The notes: generated by a model from the sequence alone, not told the origin. A DNA stretch of 52,413 nt from Methylococcales bacterium (GCA_028713145.1 JAQTOT010000001.1:1-52413); one strand, 5' to 3'; counted from the first letter of the stretch, positions 30,076 to 38,409 are shown. A program made the numbers and translations.

Positions 30076-30106
30076 CCTCGATTAGTCTAACTAGTCGAGG
30101 TTTTTT
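30076..30106 (+). terminator. rho-independent terminator after tkt
   Basis: cctcgattag / ctagtcgagg stem with one mismatch, followed by T6. Confidence 0.65.
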
Positions 30107-30140
30107 GACTTTATATAACTACAAAAAAATAGGTGTCAAT

Positions 30141-30800
30141 GTGAAAAAAAATAATTTACTTCAAGGTGCAATCGTTGCGTTGTTAGTCGCTAGTCCATTT
30201 GCGGCTTATGCGGACTCACAATATCCGGCAACAGATTTTGAACCAAAAGTTTTATATCAAGACGAATCCATTAAATCTTCTGCTCCAGCAGTAAAAGCAG
30301 CTCCAGCGGCAGCAGCACCTGTTGCAGCAGCGTCGGCTGATGATTCGCAATATCCAGCAACCAATTTTCAACCAAAAGTGTTGTTTAGCGATGCTAATTA
30401 CAAGCACGATAAATCGGCGCCTTCAATTGCACCAACGTCTGCTCCTGAATTCACAACTAGCGCAGGTGCTGTCATTATGGAACAAGCCGCAGAAAAAAAA
30501 GCGGCAAAAGAAGATGACAACAGCTTATTTCTCATTTTAGGTGCATTAGCCGTAGCAGGTTTTGCGGCATCAAGATGTCCTAAATTTGCAGGTATTTTTG
30601 GCGGAAACTCGATGGCTGAAACGGAAGTTAATGCTAACCGCGAAACAGGTGTGGCACGTTATTTAAATGCTCGTGTACCTAAAGTTTCAGGTGTAACGAA
30701 ATACTTAGAACGCAACGTCAGACCAACCAATGTTGCACGATATATTGCTAAACAAAACATTGCTCAAAAAGCGGCTCAAAACGATACAGATCGGGGGTAG
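30141..30800 (+). CDS. bitopic membrane protein with 2 periplasmic DSQYPATxFxPKVL repeats and a cytoplasmic tail bearing 3 V-x-[KR]-Y-[LI] motifs
   Basis: 219 aa from GTG 30141 (SD AGGTG 5 nt upstream). Signal peptide ...SPFAAYA|DS, Ala/Pro linker, TM LFLILGALAVAGFAA, tail motifs TGVARYL, SGVTKYL, TNVARYI. No domain I recognise. Confidence 0.6.
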   Translation: MKKNNLLQGAIVALLVASPFAAYADSQYPATDFEPKVLYQDESIKSSAPAVKAAPAAAAPVAAASADDSQYPATNFQPKVLFSDANYKHDKSAPSIAPTSAPEFTTSAGAVIMEQAAEKKAAKEDDNSLFLILGALAVAGFAASRCPKFAGIFGGNSMAETEVNANRETGVARYLNARVPKVSGVTKYLERNVRPTNVARYIAKQNIAQKAAQNDTDRG

Positions 30801-30802
30801 TC

Positions 30803-31420
30803 ATGGGCTTTTTCTCAAGTCTTTTCGGGGCGCGTTCAGAGGACGCTTACAGCACCACAACTCGCAATGCGATTGTATCGGTGGCTGATTCGTCAAATGG
30901 ACAGACAGGCGTTAGTCGCTATTTGGAAAATCAGCCTGCTGGGTTAAGCAGTGTTGAAAAATATCTCAAAGCACAAGAACAAACTCAACCAAGCGGCGTA
31001 GCAAAGTATTTAGCACGTCAAGCCATCGCAGAGCGTAACAAACCTGTTGTAATCTTGTCAGGTGTTGAGAAATACTTGAAAAATAACAAAGATAGTGTGT
31101 CTGTTGTTGTGAAGAAAACAGGTGTTGAGAAGTATTTAGCAACACAAGACAAAACGCCTATGAGTCGTGTTGCAAAATATGCGTTGCAAAAAGCAATTGA
31201 AGAACGTAATGCGCCTGCAAAACCGAAAGCGACGCGCGTTGAAAGCTATTTACAAAGTCTTCCTGAAACGACCACGAGCAGTGTTAGCAAGTATTTGGCA
31301 AAACAAGCCTTAAATGTTGCTCTTCAAACAAAAGAAGAAGTTGCGGCAGTTGTCGATTCCATCGTAAGCGATGTAGCGTTGACAGGCGTTGAAAAGTATT
31401 TAAAAGCGCAACACAGCTAA
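30803..31420 (+). CDS. soluble low-complexity protein carrying 9 copies of a [ST]-x-V-x-[KRS]-Y-[LA] motif
   Basis: 205 aa. The ATG lies 2 nt after the upstream stop. Motifs at V37, V51, V66, V88, V108, V123, V145, V161 and V196. The N-terminus GFFSSLFGA resembles FAGIFGG in the upstream protein's tail. Confidence 0.6.
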   Translation: MGFFSSLFGARSEDAYSTTTRNAIVSVADSSNGQTGVSRYLENQPAGLSSVEKYLKAQEQTQPSGVAKYLARQAIAERNKPVVILSGVEKYLKNNKDSVSVVVKKTGVEKYLATQDKTPMSRVAKYALQKAIEERNAPAKPKATRVESYLQSLPETTTSSVSKYLAKQALNVALQTKEEVAAVVDSIVSDVALTGVEKYLKAQHS

Positions 31421-31454
31421 ACATTTTTTTAACTTTTAAAATCAGGTGTTCCTA

Positions 31455-32465
31455 ATGAGTCAATCTTTACTCGAACAATTAAAACAATACACAGTCGTTG
31501 TTGCCGACACAGGCGATATTGGTGCGATTGAAAAATTTACACCGCGTGATGCTACGACAAATCCGTCGTTAATTACGGCTGCTGCTCAAATGCCTAAGTA
31601 TCAAAGCATTGTCGATGATACGTTAAAAGGCGCGCGTGAAACTAAAGGCGCAAGTGCGTCAGCGGCTGATGTTGTGAGCCTTGCGTTTGATCGTTTAGCG
31701 GTTTCATTCGGATTGGAAATTTTAAAAATTATTCCAGGTCGTGTTTCAACTGAAGTTGATGCACGTTTATCTTTTGACACCGATGCGACTATTGCAAAAG
31801 GTCGTGACTTGATTGCTCAATATGAAGCAGCAGGTATTGATCGCAAACGCGTTTTAATCAAAGTTGCCGCAACATGGGAAGGTATTCAAGCTGCTGCCGC
31901 TTTAGAAAAAGAAGGTATTCACTGTAACTTAACATTGATTTTCGGTTTGCATCAGGCGATTGCCTGCGCTGAAAATGGTATCACGTTAATTTCGCCATTC
32001 GTTGGTCGTATTTTGGATTGGTACAAAAAAGATACAGGCAAAGAGGATTATGCACCAGCTGAAGATCCAGGTGTATTGTCAGTGACTGAAATTTACAACT
32101 ATTACAAAAAATTTGGTTACAACACCGAAGTGATGGGCGCAAGTTTCCGTAACATTGGTGAAATTATCGAACTGGCTGGTTGCGATTTATTGACTATTTC
32201 GCCTTCATTGCTTACAGAGCTTGATGAAGTCGCATTGTTGGATGCAGAACATGCAGATGGAAAATTGCCACGCAAGTTAAACGCTGAAGCCGCTGCGGCT
32301 TCTTCAATTGAAAAAATCAATGTTGATAAAGCAACATTCGACAAAATGCACGCAGCTGATCGTATGGCAACTGACAAGTTGGCTGAAGGTATCGACGGTT
32401 TTGCGAAAGCACTTGTTGTTTTAGAAACTTTGTTAGCAGATCGTTTAGCGGTTTTAGAAGCGTAA
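31455..32465 (+). CDS. tal: transaldolase
   Basis: 336 aa from ATG 31455 (SD AGGTG). [15 protein letters not shown], and [10 protein letters not shown] containing the Schiff-base Lys region. Confidence 0.95.
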   Translation: MSQSLLEQLKQYTVVVADTGDIGAIEKFTPRDATTNPSLITAAAQMPKYQSIVDDTLKGARETKGASASAADVVSLAFDRLAVSFGLEILKIIPGRVSTEVDARLSFDTDATIAKGRDLIAQYEAAGIDRKRVLIKVAATWEGIQAAAALEKEGIHCNLTLIFGLHQAIACAENGITLISPFVGRILDWYKKDTGKEDYAPAEDPGVLSVTEIYNYYKKFGYNTEVMGASFRNIGEIIELAGCDLLTISPSLLTELDEVALLDAEHADGKLPRKLNAEAAAASSIEKINVDKATFDKMHAADRMATDKLAEGIDGFAKALVVLETLLADRLAVLEA

Positions 32466-32476
32466 TTTTCTGCTTT

Positions 32477-32515
32477 AAAAAAACCACGTTGAAATTATTT
32501 TCAACGTGGTTTTTT
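32477..32515. terminator. bidirectional rho-independent terminator (tal / convergent small-gene operon)
   Basis: A7-ccacgttgaaa-ttat-tttcaacgtgg-T6. Confidence 0.88.
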
Positions 32516-32532
32516 GTTGCCTGTAGAAAGTG

Positions 32533-33153
32533 TTATTTTGGACGGCGAGAACGAATCAGCAAAAAGAACATATAAAACGTAGCTAGCCATTCATAGCGGT
32601 ATCTAAACGGATTGAGTAGCCACAATTTTGTAATATGATCCCAATGAGTACGAATCAAAAACAGCACCAAAATATCGTTTAAAAAATCAATAATCGCTTT
32701 TTCTGGATCTTTAATCAGGGCATTAGGTTTTTTTAGCGTCAATTTTGTAATGATTTTAGCGGCTTGTAGCGTTTCTTTTACCTCAATCGTTTTCGCTTTC
32801 AACCAGCGTGTCGTTGCAAAATTATCGGCTTTTTCACTCACTTTCGTGCCAAATTTCGCCATTGCACTGGGTTTCTTTTCGACGTGAATCACTAACGCGC
32901 CTGACTTTTCAAGCTCGCTAACTAGTTCAAATACTTGTTTTACGAGTTGCGTGAAATCACACACTATCTCTTGAAAACGAATCGAAACCTTACCTTGCCG
33001 TGTGTAAAAACTGACTCGATAAACACCGTCAATTGCTTTTATTTTTGAGGCAAAATTTTCAGCAACGCCTTTTTGACATAATTGCGCGGGTAATTGAAAA
33101 CGGACGTGACCTTCAGCTCTATGGCGCAATACACATTGTTTTTGAATAGACAT
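32533..33153 (-). CDS. hypothetical protein: Cys-less HMA/ferredoxin-like N-domain plus a hydrophobic, Trp-rich C-terminal segment
   Basis: 206 aa. The N-terminal roughly 65 aa have a beta-alpha-beta-beta-alpha-beta-like pattern (HVRFQLP...IKAIDGVYRVSFYTRQGKVSIRF). C-terminus FLIRTHWDHITKLWLLNPFRYRYEWLATFYMFFLLIRSRRPK. Weak SD. Confidence 0.5.
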   Translation of the reverse strand: MSIQKQCVLRHRAEGHVRFQLPAQLCQKGVAENFASKIKAIDGVYRVSFYTRQGKVSIRFQEIVCDFTQLVKQVFELVSELEKSGALVIHVEKKPSAMAKFGTKVSEKADNFATTRWLKAKTIEVKETLQAAKIITKLTLKKPNALIKDPEKAIIDFLNDILVLFLIRTHWDHITKLWLLNPFRYRYEWLATFYMFFLLIRSRRPK

Positions 33154-33171
33154 AATTTCGATGAAATCAGT

Positions 33172-33217
33172 AGAAAAACAAAACGGGCTTTTCCAGCCTG
33201 CGCGAGAAAAACCCGTT
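33172..33217 (-). terminator. possible internal rho-independent terminator or attenuator
   Basis: Minus strand reads AACGGGTTTTT...AAAAGCCCGTT stem (one mismatch), followed by TTGTTTTTCT. Confidence 0.45.
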
Positions 33218-33239
33218 CATTGAATTTGATATAAAAAAC

Positions 33240-33527
33240 TTAGCTTTCTTTGGTTTCTGCTACTAAATCTTCTAAATTTTCTTTTTGTTGCAACACAAAA
33301 TCTTTACCTGCATCAACAACTTTTGTTGTGCTAGCAATAATGTCTTTACGATATTTGTGAATTAAAAATCCACTAACTAAACCTAAACCAAATACTACGA
33401 CTGGATTTTTAACTGCGATACTCATAACTTTACTCCCACTGTAAACGATTGCTGAGGCGATTGAACCTTTAAAAACTTCTTTGGGTAACGAATCACCGTT
33501 GTGTGTATTTTTGACGGCTTTTCCCAT
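33240..33527 (-). CDS. small membrane protein with a C-terminal amphipathic charged helix
   Basis: 95 aa. Central TM VVVFGLGLVSGFLIHKY, C-terminus KDFVLQQKENLEDLVAETKES. Lies 14 nt downstream of the preceding gene. Confidence 0.5.
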   Translation of the reverse strand: MGKAVKNTHNGDSLPKEVFKGSIASAIVYSGSKVMSIAVKNPVVVFGLGLVSGFLIHKYRKDIIASTTKVVDAGKDFVLQQKENLEDLVAETKES

Positions 33528-33541
33528 AAATACCTCTAAAA

Positions 33542-33700
33542 TTATTCTGGTAACACTTTATCTTCGTTCAACATCTGATAAATGCCCTTGCAACCTTCAC
33601 AGCAAAAAACTTTTTCTTCTCCTGTTTTCAATTTCAGCGTAAATCCAGAAACCTCAACAGTCAGATTGCACAAATCGCAAGTCTTTTTTCCTTCACTCAT
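33542..33700 (-). CDS. stand-alone 52-aa Cys-rich metal-binding domain, like the N-terminal domain of FixI/CcoI-type P1B ATPases
   Basis: Absent from the supplied ORF track (under 60 aa); I translated it by hand: MSEGKKTCDLCNLTVEVSGFTLKLKTGEEKVFCCEGCKGIYQMLNEDKVLPE. The CxxC...FCCxGCxxxY pattern matches the putative ATPase metal-binding domain (ATPase-cat_bd) from memory. Confidence 0.55.
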   Translation of the reverse strand: MSEGKKTCDLCNLTVEVSGFTLKLKTGEEKVFCCEGCKGIYQMLNEDKVLPE

Positions 33701-33776
33701 CACATTTACCTAACTAGCTGTTTAACTTGAGCAACATAGTAGCAAAAGTTACGATTTGTCACAATCTAAGAGCATT

Positions 33777-33983
33777 TTAGCAATTTGCTTTTTCTTGAAT
33801 AAATTGTGCTTGTGCTGCTTTATTTGAGGCTTTCATTAACGCGATGCGTAATGCGCCTGTTAAACTCGCTCCCAAACCTAAACGCATCGCAAAGGCGGGC
33901 AAAATAATCATTGACGTAACAGCAAGCCCCGCACCTAGAAGTAATGCGGTGTTGTCGTGTTTTTTAGCAGATTGTGAAGCCAT
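33777..33983 (-). CDS. small two-helix membrane protein (68 aa)
   Basis: Start at ATG 33983 (SD GAGAGG 8 nt upstream), not the longer ORF. Gly/Ala-rich hydrophobic segments ALLLGAGLAVTSMIILPAFAMRLGLGASLTGAL. Confidence 0.5.
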   Translation of the reverse strand: MASQSAKKHDNTALLLGAGLAVTSMIILPAFAMRLGLGASLTGALRIALMKASNKAAQAQFIQEKANC

Positions 33984-34059
33984 GATGAAAACCTCTCGCA
34001 AAAAAGAAAATATAAATCTGTTTACCATATGAAGCATGCTATATGCCATAAAATAAATC

Positions 34060-34087
34060 ATTATATTTCAAGTAATTAGCTTGACAA
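34060..34087 (-). promoter_or_regulatory. sigma70-type promoter of the small-gene operon
   Basis: Minus strand reads TTGTCA-N16-TATAAT. Confidence 0.6.
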
Positions 34088-34096
34088 AAAAGATGT

Positions 34097-34127
34097 AAAA
34101 ATTAAAAACTGTGTGATATGACACAGT
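34097..34127 (-). terminator. rho-independent terminator of the ppx operon
   Basis: Minus strand reads actgtgt-catatc-acacagt followed by TTTTTAATTTTT, about 25 nt after the stop of the 406-aa gene. Confidence 0.6.
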
Positions 34128-34151
34128 GTAACTAAGTGATTTACCGCAGCT

Positions 34152-35372
34152 TTAAGGATTTTGATACAACGGAATTGCAGCAATGCGTTTATCAATTAAG
34201 TTTGCAAGTCGCAAATATGTAGGACTTTGAGTTGATTCAAAAAGTTTTTTAAATACGTTTTCGCTCATGTGTTCAGGTAAATCACGCGGGTCGGGCATAA
34301 AATCACGATAATCATGAATTTCTGCGGTGAGTTTTTGAATGCGTAACGCCGATTCAGGCGATAAAACCGCTAATTCACCAAACCGACTGCCTGCTTTATC
34401 TGCCGCTAAATCAATAAAACTAAAACCACTGCCACCCGTTTGCGCGTCACTGAGTTCTTTTACTTCACCAAGCGCATTAGCAACGCGACTATTCATCGAT
34501 GCTGTCAACGCCGCCGCGCCTGTGAAATGTTGCGCTAAATCAGCGCGTTTGTATAAAAAAGGTTTCAACTGCGGATCTTCAATGGAATTTACATAATCGT
34601 TAAGTGCGAAAATGGCACTGCGATTTTCCTCAATTGCATTTTCAGTCGTTGAACGCTGTAAGGCTAATTCAAAAATGGGTTTTAATAAATCGGCCAGCGA
34701 CAAACGAAATTTCGGATTATGTTGCGCGATAATTTCAGCAATTTTTTGCTGATAAATTTCACGGCTTTCCACATTGGTTAAGCGATTTGGGGAATTCGTT
34801 TCATAAAAAAGCGTTACTGCCGTATCAGAGATTTCCACGCGCTGTATTGGCGAGGTTGCCAAAATAAAATACTCATTCAAAAATGAATAGCGAATCGCTA
34901 AATCTAGCACCCAGCCTGCGAATTTTGCAGGTAACAACAATTTCCCCACTTTAAATTTTGCAATGCGTGGCAAGGTTTCATCGCTTTCACTGCCTAAGCG
35001 AAAACTGACGTTAAAATAATTGGCAAGCGCATTTTTAGGGAGCTTTACCGACATATTGCAACGCACTTTTTGATTTACTAATTCGATTTGAATCGCGCTT
35101 TGAAAATAACGATTGAGCAAATAATTCGCTGCTAAATTTAAATCCGCTTGCGTGAGCGTAATAGCAGCAAGATTATCGGGTTTAGTTTTCGTGCCTTCGT
35201 AGAGAATTTTTCGCGCCTGGGTGATATTTTCAAGCGTTAATTTTGGCGATTGCGGCACATCAGTTTGTGAACTCAAACCATTTGCCACAATGCCCACGCA
35301 CAGCAAAAAAATAATGCCTAGAAAATACGCAAAAATGCGTGCAACGAAAAAAAAGTGAAACTGGGGAATCAT
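34152..35372 (-). CDS. conserved-looking hypothetical protein with an N-terminal membrane anchor, translationally coupled to ppx
   Basis: 406 aa. ATGA overlap with the ppx stop, N-terminal TM FAYFLGIIFLLCVGIVA, and no recognisable catalytic motif. The C-terminal region contains GGSGFSFIDLAADKAGSRFGE. Confidence 0.55.
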   Translation of the reverse strand: MIPQFHFFFVARIFAYFLGIIFLLCVGIVANGLSSQTDVPQSPKLTLENITQARKILYEGTKTKPDNLAAITLTQADLNLAANYLLNRYFQSAIQIELVNQKVRCNMSVKLPKNALANYFNVSFRLGSESDETLPRIAKFKVGKLLLPAKFAGWVLDLAIRYSFLNEYFILATSPIQRVEISDTAVTLFYETNSPNRLTNVESREIYQQKIAEIIAQHNPKFRLSLADLLKPIFELALQRSTTENAIEENRSAIFALNDYVNSIEDPQLKPFLYKRADLAQHFTGAAALTASMNSRVANALGEVKELSDAQTGGSGFSFIDLAADKAGSRFGELAVLSPESALRIQKLTAEIHDYRDFMPDPRDLPEHMSENVFKKLFESTQSPTYLRLANLIDKRIAAIPLYQNP

Positions 35373-36868
35373 GCAAATTCGAGTTTGAGTCCAGCGGTTT
35401 TTAAATTTTCAGCTTCTGTGAATAAATCAGCGCGAGTGAGTGGCGCAGAATTGAGCCAATTTTGTGGAAAGCGTAATTTTACTTTTGACTTTTCTGATTT
35501 AAATTTGAATTGCGGCACTTCGTAATCTTGACGACTGCGATGCAATAACACCGACAAACGCAGCAATAACGCGAGTTTTGGCGCATCATCATTCCACGGT
35601 GCGGGTAAATCAGCAAAATTTCTTAACGCAAATTTCCGTCGATGCGCCCGAACAATCGTTGCGAGTACAAATTGTTCTTGGCGGGAAAAACCCGCGAAAT
35701 CACCGTTTTCAATCACATACGCGCTGTGCTTGTGATATTGGCTGTGAGCAATATCATGTCCGAGTTCGTGTAATTGCGCCGCCCAATGCAAAAATTGTCG
35801 TGCGTTTTCAATATCGATTTGAAAAAAATCAGGCTTTAACTGTGATAACAAATAATCAAGCGTTTTTTGTACGCGCAAAGCGTGCTGCATATCGACATGA
35901 TAACGTTCTGCAACTTGGCGTACCGTTGCCGAGCGAATATCGTGATCGTAAATTCGTCCTAGCAAATCGTGAATCAACCCTTCGCGCAATGCCCCGTCTG
36001 AAACAGTCATTTGCGTGATGCCTAAACTTTTAAACGTTGCATACACAATTGCTACGCCGCCGACAAAAACAGGCAAACGTTCTGCATCCAAATCGGGCAA
36101 ATTCAGCAAATGAATCGTCGGACAAGTGTGAATATGTTGTACCAGTTGTTCTAAACCGTCGCGCGTGATGCCGTTGTTGCTCCAATTTTTAGCCAATAAC
36201 ACTTTATCAATGGCTTTCAAACTGCCCGATGCACCAATGGCTTCGTCCCAATTTTTACGTTGAAATTTTTGTTGAAATGGCTCTAAACGTTGCTGCGCGA
36301 AAAGCACGGCTCGATTGAACGCAGCTTTTGATAATTTGCCATCTTTGAAAAACGCGGTGCTGGTTGTCACGCAACCCATCGGCAAACTTTCTTTATCAAG
36401 CGGCGTATCGCCTGTGCCGATAATAAATTCCGTGCTACCACCGCCAATGTCCATGACAAGACGTAAATTTGCATTACTGCTCAAACTGTTCGCTACGCCT
36501 TGATAAATTAAACGTGCTTCTTCAATTCCCGAAATAACGTGTATTGGGTGATTTAGCGCGAGTTCGGCTTTTTTTAAAAATTCTTCCGCATTTTTTGCAG
36601 TTCGCAAGGTACTTGTACCCACAATGTGAACGCTTTCAGGAGGAAAATGCCCAATGCGTTGTCCGAAACGTTCTAAACAGGCTAACGCGCGTTGTTGGGT
36701 TTCAAGGTTGAGGTAATTTTTCTTATCCAGTCCTGATGCAAGGCGCACCATTTCTTTTAAACGATCAACGGTTTGTAATTTGCCGTCTGTTAAACTACAA
36801 ACAATCATGTGAAAACTGTTTGAACCTAAATCAACAGCCGCAACACAACTTGGTGGTTTTTTTAACAC
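35369..36868 (-). CDS. ppx: exopolyphosphatase / pppGpp phosphohydrolase family (Ppx/GppA)
   Basis: AAVDLGSNSFHM and DIGGGSTE actin-fold motifs plus a C-terminal HD-like domain (LHELGHDIAHSQYHKHSAY). I chose start GTG 36868 (SD GAGG 8 nt upstream, 499 aa). The ORF stays open to a TTG at 36964. Confidence 0.88.
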   Translation of the reverse strand: MLKKPPSCVAAVDLGSNSFHMIVCSLTDGKLQTVDRLKEMVRLASGLDKKNYLNLETQQRALACLERFGQRIGHFPPESVHIVGTSTLRTAKNAEEFLKKAELALNHPIHVISGIEEARLIYQGVANSLSSNANLRLVMDIGGGSTEFIIGTGDTPLDKESLPMGCVTTSTAFFKDGKLSKAAFNRAVLFAQQRLEPFQQKFQRKNWDEAIGASGSLKAIDKVLLAKNWSNNGITRDGLEQLVQHIHTCPTIHLLNLPDLDAERLPVFVGGVAIVYATFKSLGITQMTVSDGALREGLIHDLLGRIYDHDIRSATVRQVAERYHVDMQHALRVQKTLDYLLSQLKPDFFQIDIENARQFLHWAAQLHELGHDIAHSQYHKHSAYVIENGDFAGFSRQEQFVLATIVRAHRRKFALRNFADLPAPWNDDAPKLALLLRLSVLLHRSRQDYEVPQFKFKSEKSKVKLRFPQNWLNSAPLTRADLFTEAENLKTAGLKLEFA

Positions 36869-37018
36869 AGAAAAGACCTCGTTTTTTTTAAGTAAATGAC
36901 GATTTGCGCGGTATTGTACAACGATAGTGGTGGCATGGTTTAGAATGGCGTGAACGTAATGCAAAACACCTGTTAAGAATTCGTTTGTTTTGCTCTTTTT
37001 TTATTTTATGAGTCAATT

Positions 37019-38404
37019 ATGCAACATCTTAAATTTTCAAATGCCAACCTTTCCGCACCACTTCGCCAAAGCCTTGAAATACTCGGTTATAGCGAAATGA
37101 CTCCAATTCAAGCGAAAAGTTTGCCGTTTATTTTGAATGGCGACGATATTATTGCCAAAGCCAAAACGGGCAGCGGTAAAACGGTTGCATTTGGTTTGGG
37201 ATTACTCTCAAAACTCGACGTAAATCTATACGAAACACAAGCGTTAGTTTTATGTCCCACGCGCGAACTTGCTGATCAAGTTAGCAAAGCGATTCGTGCG
37301 TTGGCGCGTTTTACCCCGAATGTAAAATTACTCACGCTTTGTGGCGGTGTGCCACAAGGTCATCAAATTGCCTCGTTAGACCAACACGCGCCACACATCG
37401 TGGTTGGTACACCTGGGCGTGTTCAAGACCATTTAAAACGTCAAAGTTTGAGTTTAAAAAAATTGCGCGTATTGGTTTTAGACGAAGCAGACAGAATGCT
37501 TGATATGGGTTTTGAAGCGCAAATTTCATTTGTGGTGAGACAAACATCGAAAACGAAACAAACGCTCTTATTTTCGGCAACGTATCCTGATTCGATTTTA
37601 GATATGAGCGCACATATTCAAAATGCGCCTGTTGAAATTAGCATTGATGAAACGCACGACGATGGACAAATTGAGCAACTTTTTTTCAAAGCCGAAGAGT
37701 TGCAAAAACCATTAGCGGTCAGCGCGTTGCTTGCAAAATATCAACCTGAATCAACCGTCATTTTTTGCAACACGAAATACACTTGCCAAGTCATGGAAAA
37801 TTGGCTCGGTCAAGAAGGCTATTCCGCGCTTTCACTCACGGGCGATTTAGATCAACGTGAACGTGATCAAACGTTGTTACGTTTTGCCAACAAAAGCTGC
37901 TCCATTTTAGTGGCTACCGATGTCGCGGCGCGAGGGCTGGATATTAAAGATTTATCAGCGGTGATTGTGTTTGACTTATCGCCCGATCCTGAAGTGCATA
38001 TTCATCGAATTGGTCGCACGGGCAGGGCAGGGCAAAAAGGGTTGGCGTTAAGTTTGTGTGCTGAAAATGAATTAGAACGCGCCAAAGCGATTGAAACCTA
38101 TCAAAACAAGCCGATTCAATGGGGAAAATATCCCGCAGGAAAAACACCGAAAAATACAACCTTGCGCCCGTCAATGGTGACGTTAGTGATTGATGGCGGA
38201 CGCAAAAGTAAAATTCGTGCGGCAGATATTTTAGGTGCATTGACTGGTGAAGCAGGTTTGGCAGGCAACGAAGTGGGCAAAATCGATATTTTCGATGTGC
38301 GAACTTACGTTGCAATCAAACGCACCAGCGCAAATGTCGCGCTGTCACGGCTGCAAAATGGCAAAATTAAAGGTCGCAAATTGCGGGTTAGATCGTTGGG
38401 GTAA
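37019..38404 (+). CDS. dbpA: ATP-dependent RNA helicase DbpA
   Basis: 461 aa. Q-motif, AKTGSGKT, DEAD, SAT, HRIGRTGRAG, and a C-terminal DbpA RNA-binding domain (IRAADILGALTGEAGL...GKIDI). Confidence 0.9.
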   Translation: MQHLKFSNANLSAPLRQSLEILGYSEMTPIQAKSLPFILNGDDIIAKAKTGSGKTVAFGLGLLSKLDVNLYETQALVLCPTRELADQVSKAIRALARFTPNVKLLTLCGGVPQGHQIASLDQHAPHIVVGTPGRVQDHLKRQSLSLKKLRVLVLDEADRMLDMGFEAQISFVVRQTSKTKQTLLFSATYPDSILDMSAHIQNAPVEISIDETHDDGQIEQLFFKAEELQKPLAVSALLAKYQPESTVIFCNTKYTCQVMENWLGQEGYSALSLTGDLDQRERDQTLLRFANKSCSILVATDVAARGLDIKDLSAVIVFDLSPDPEVHIHRIGRTGRAGQKGLALSLCAENELERAKAIETYQNKPIQWGKYPAGKTPKNTTLRPSMVTLVIDGGRKSKIRAADILGALTGEAGLAGNEVGKIDIFDVRTYVAIKRTSANVALSRLQNGKIKGRKLRVRSLG

Positions 38405-38409
38405 AAAGT

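Noticed and set aside
33984-34061. Upstream extension of the 94-aa ORF (MIYFMAYSMLHM...)
   Set aside because: The extension overlaps the -10 element of the predicted promoter. A good SD precedes the internal ATG at 33983.
34108-34127. Near-palindrome actgtgtgatatgacacagt that superficially resembles a CRP-type TGTGA-N6-TCACA site
   Set aside because: The half-sites and spacing do not fit the CRP consensus. On the minus strand the hairpin is followed by TTTTTAATTTTT directly after a stop codon, so it is better explained as the ppx-operon terminator.
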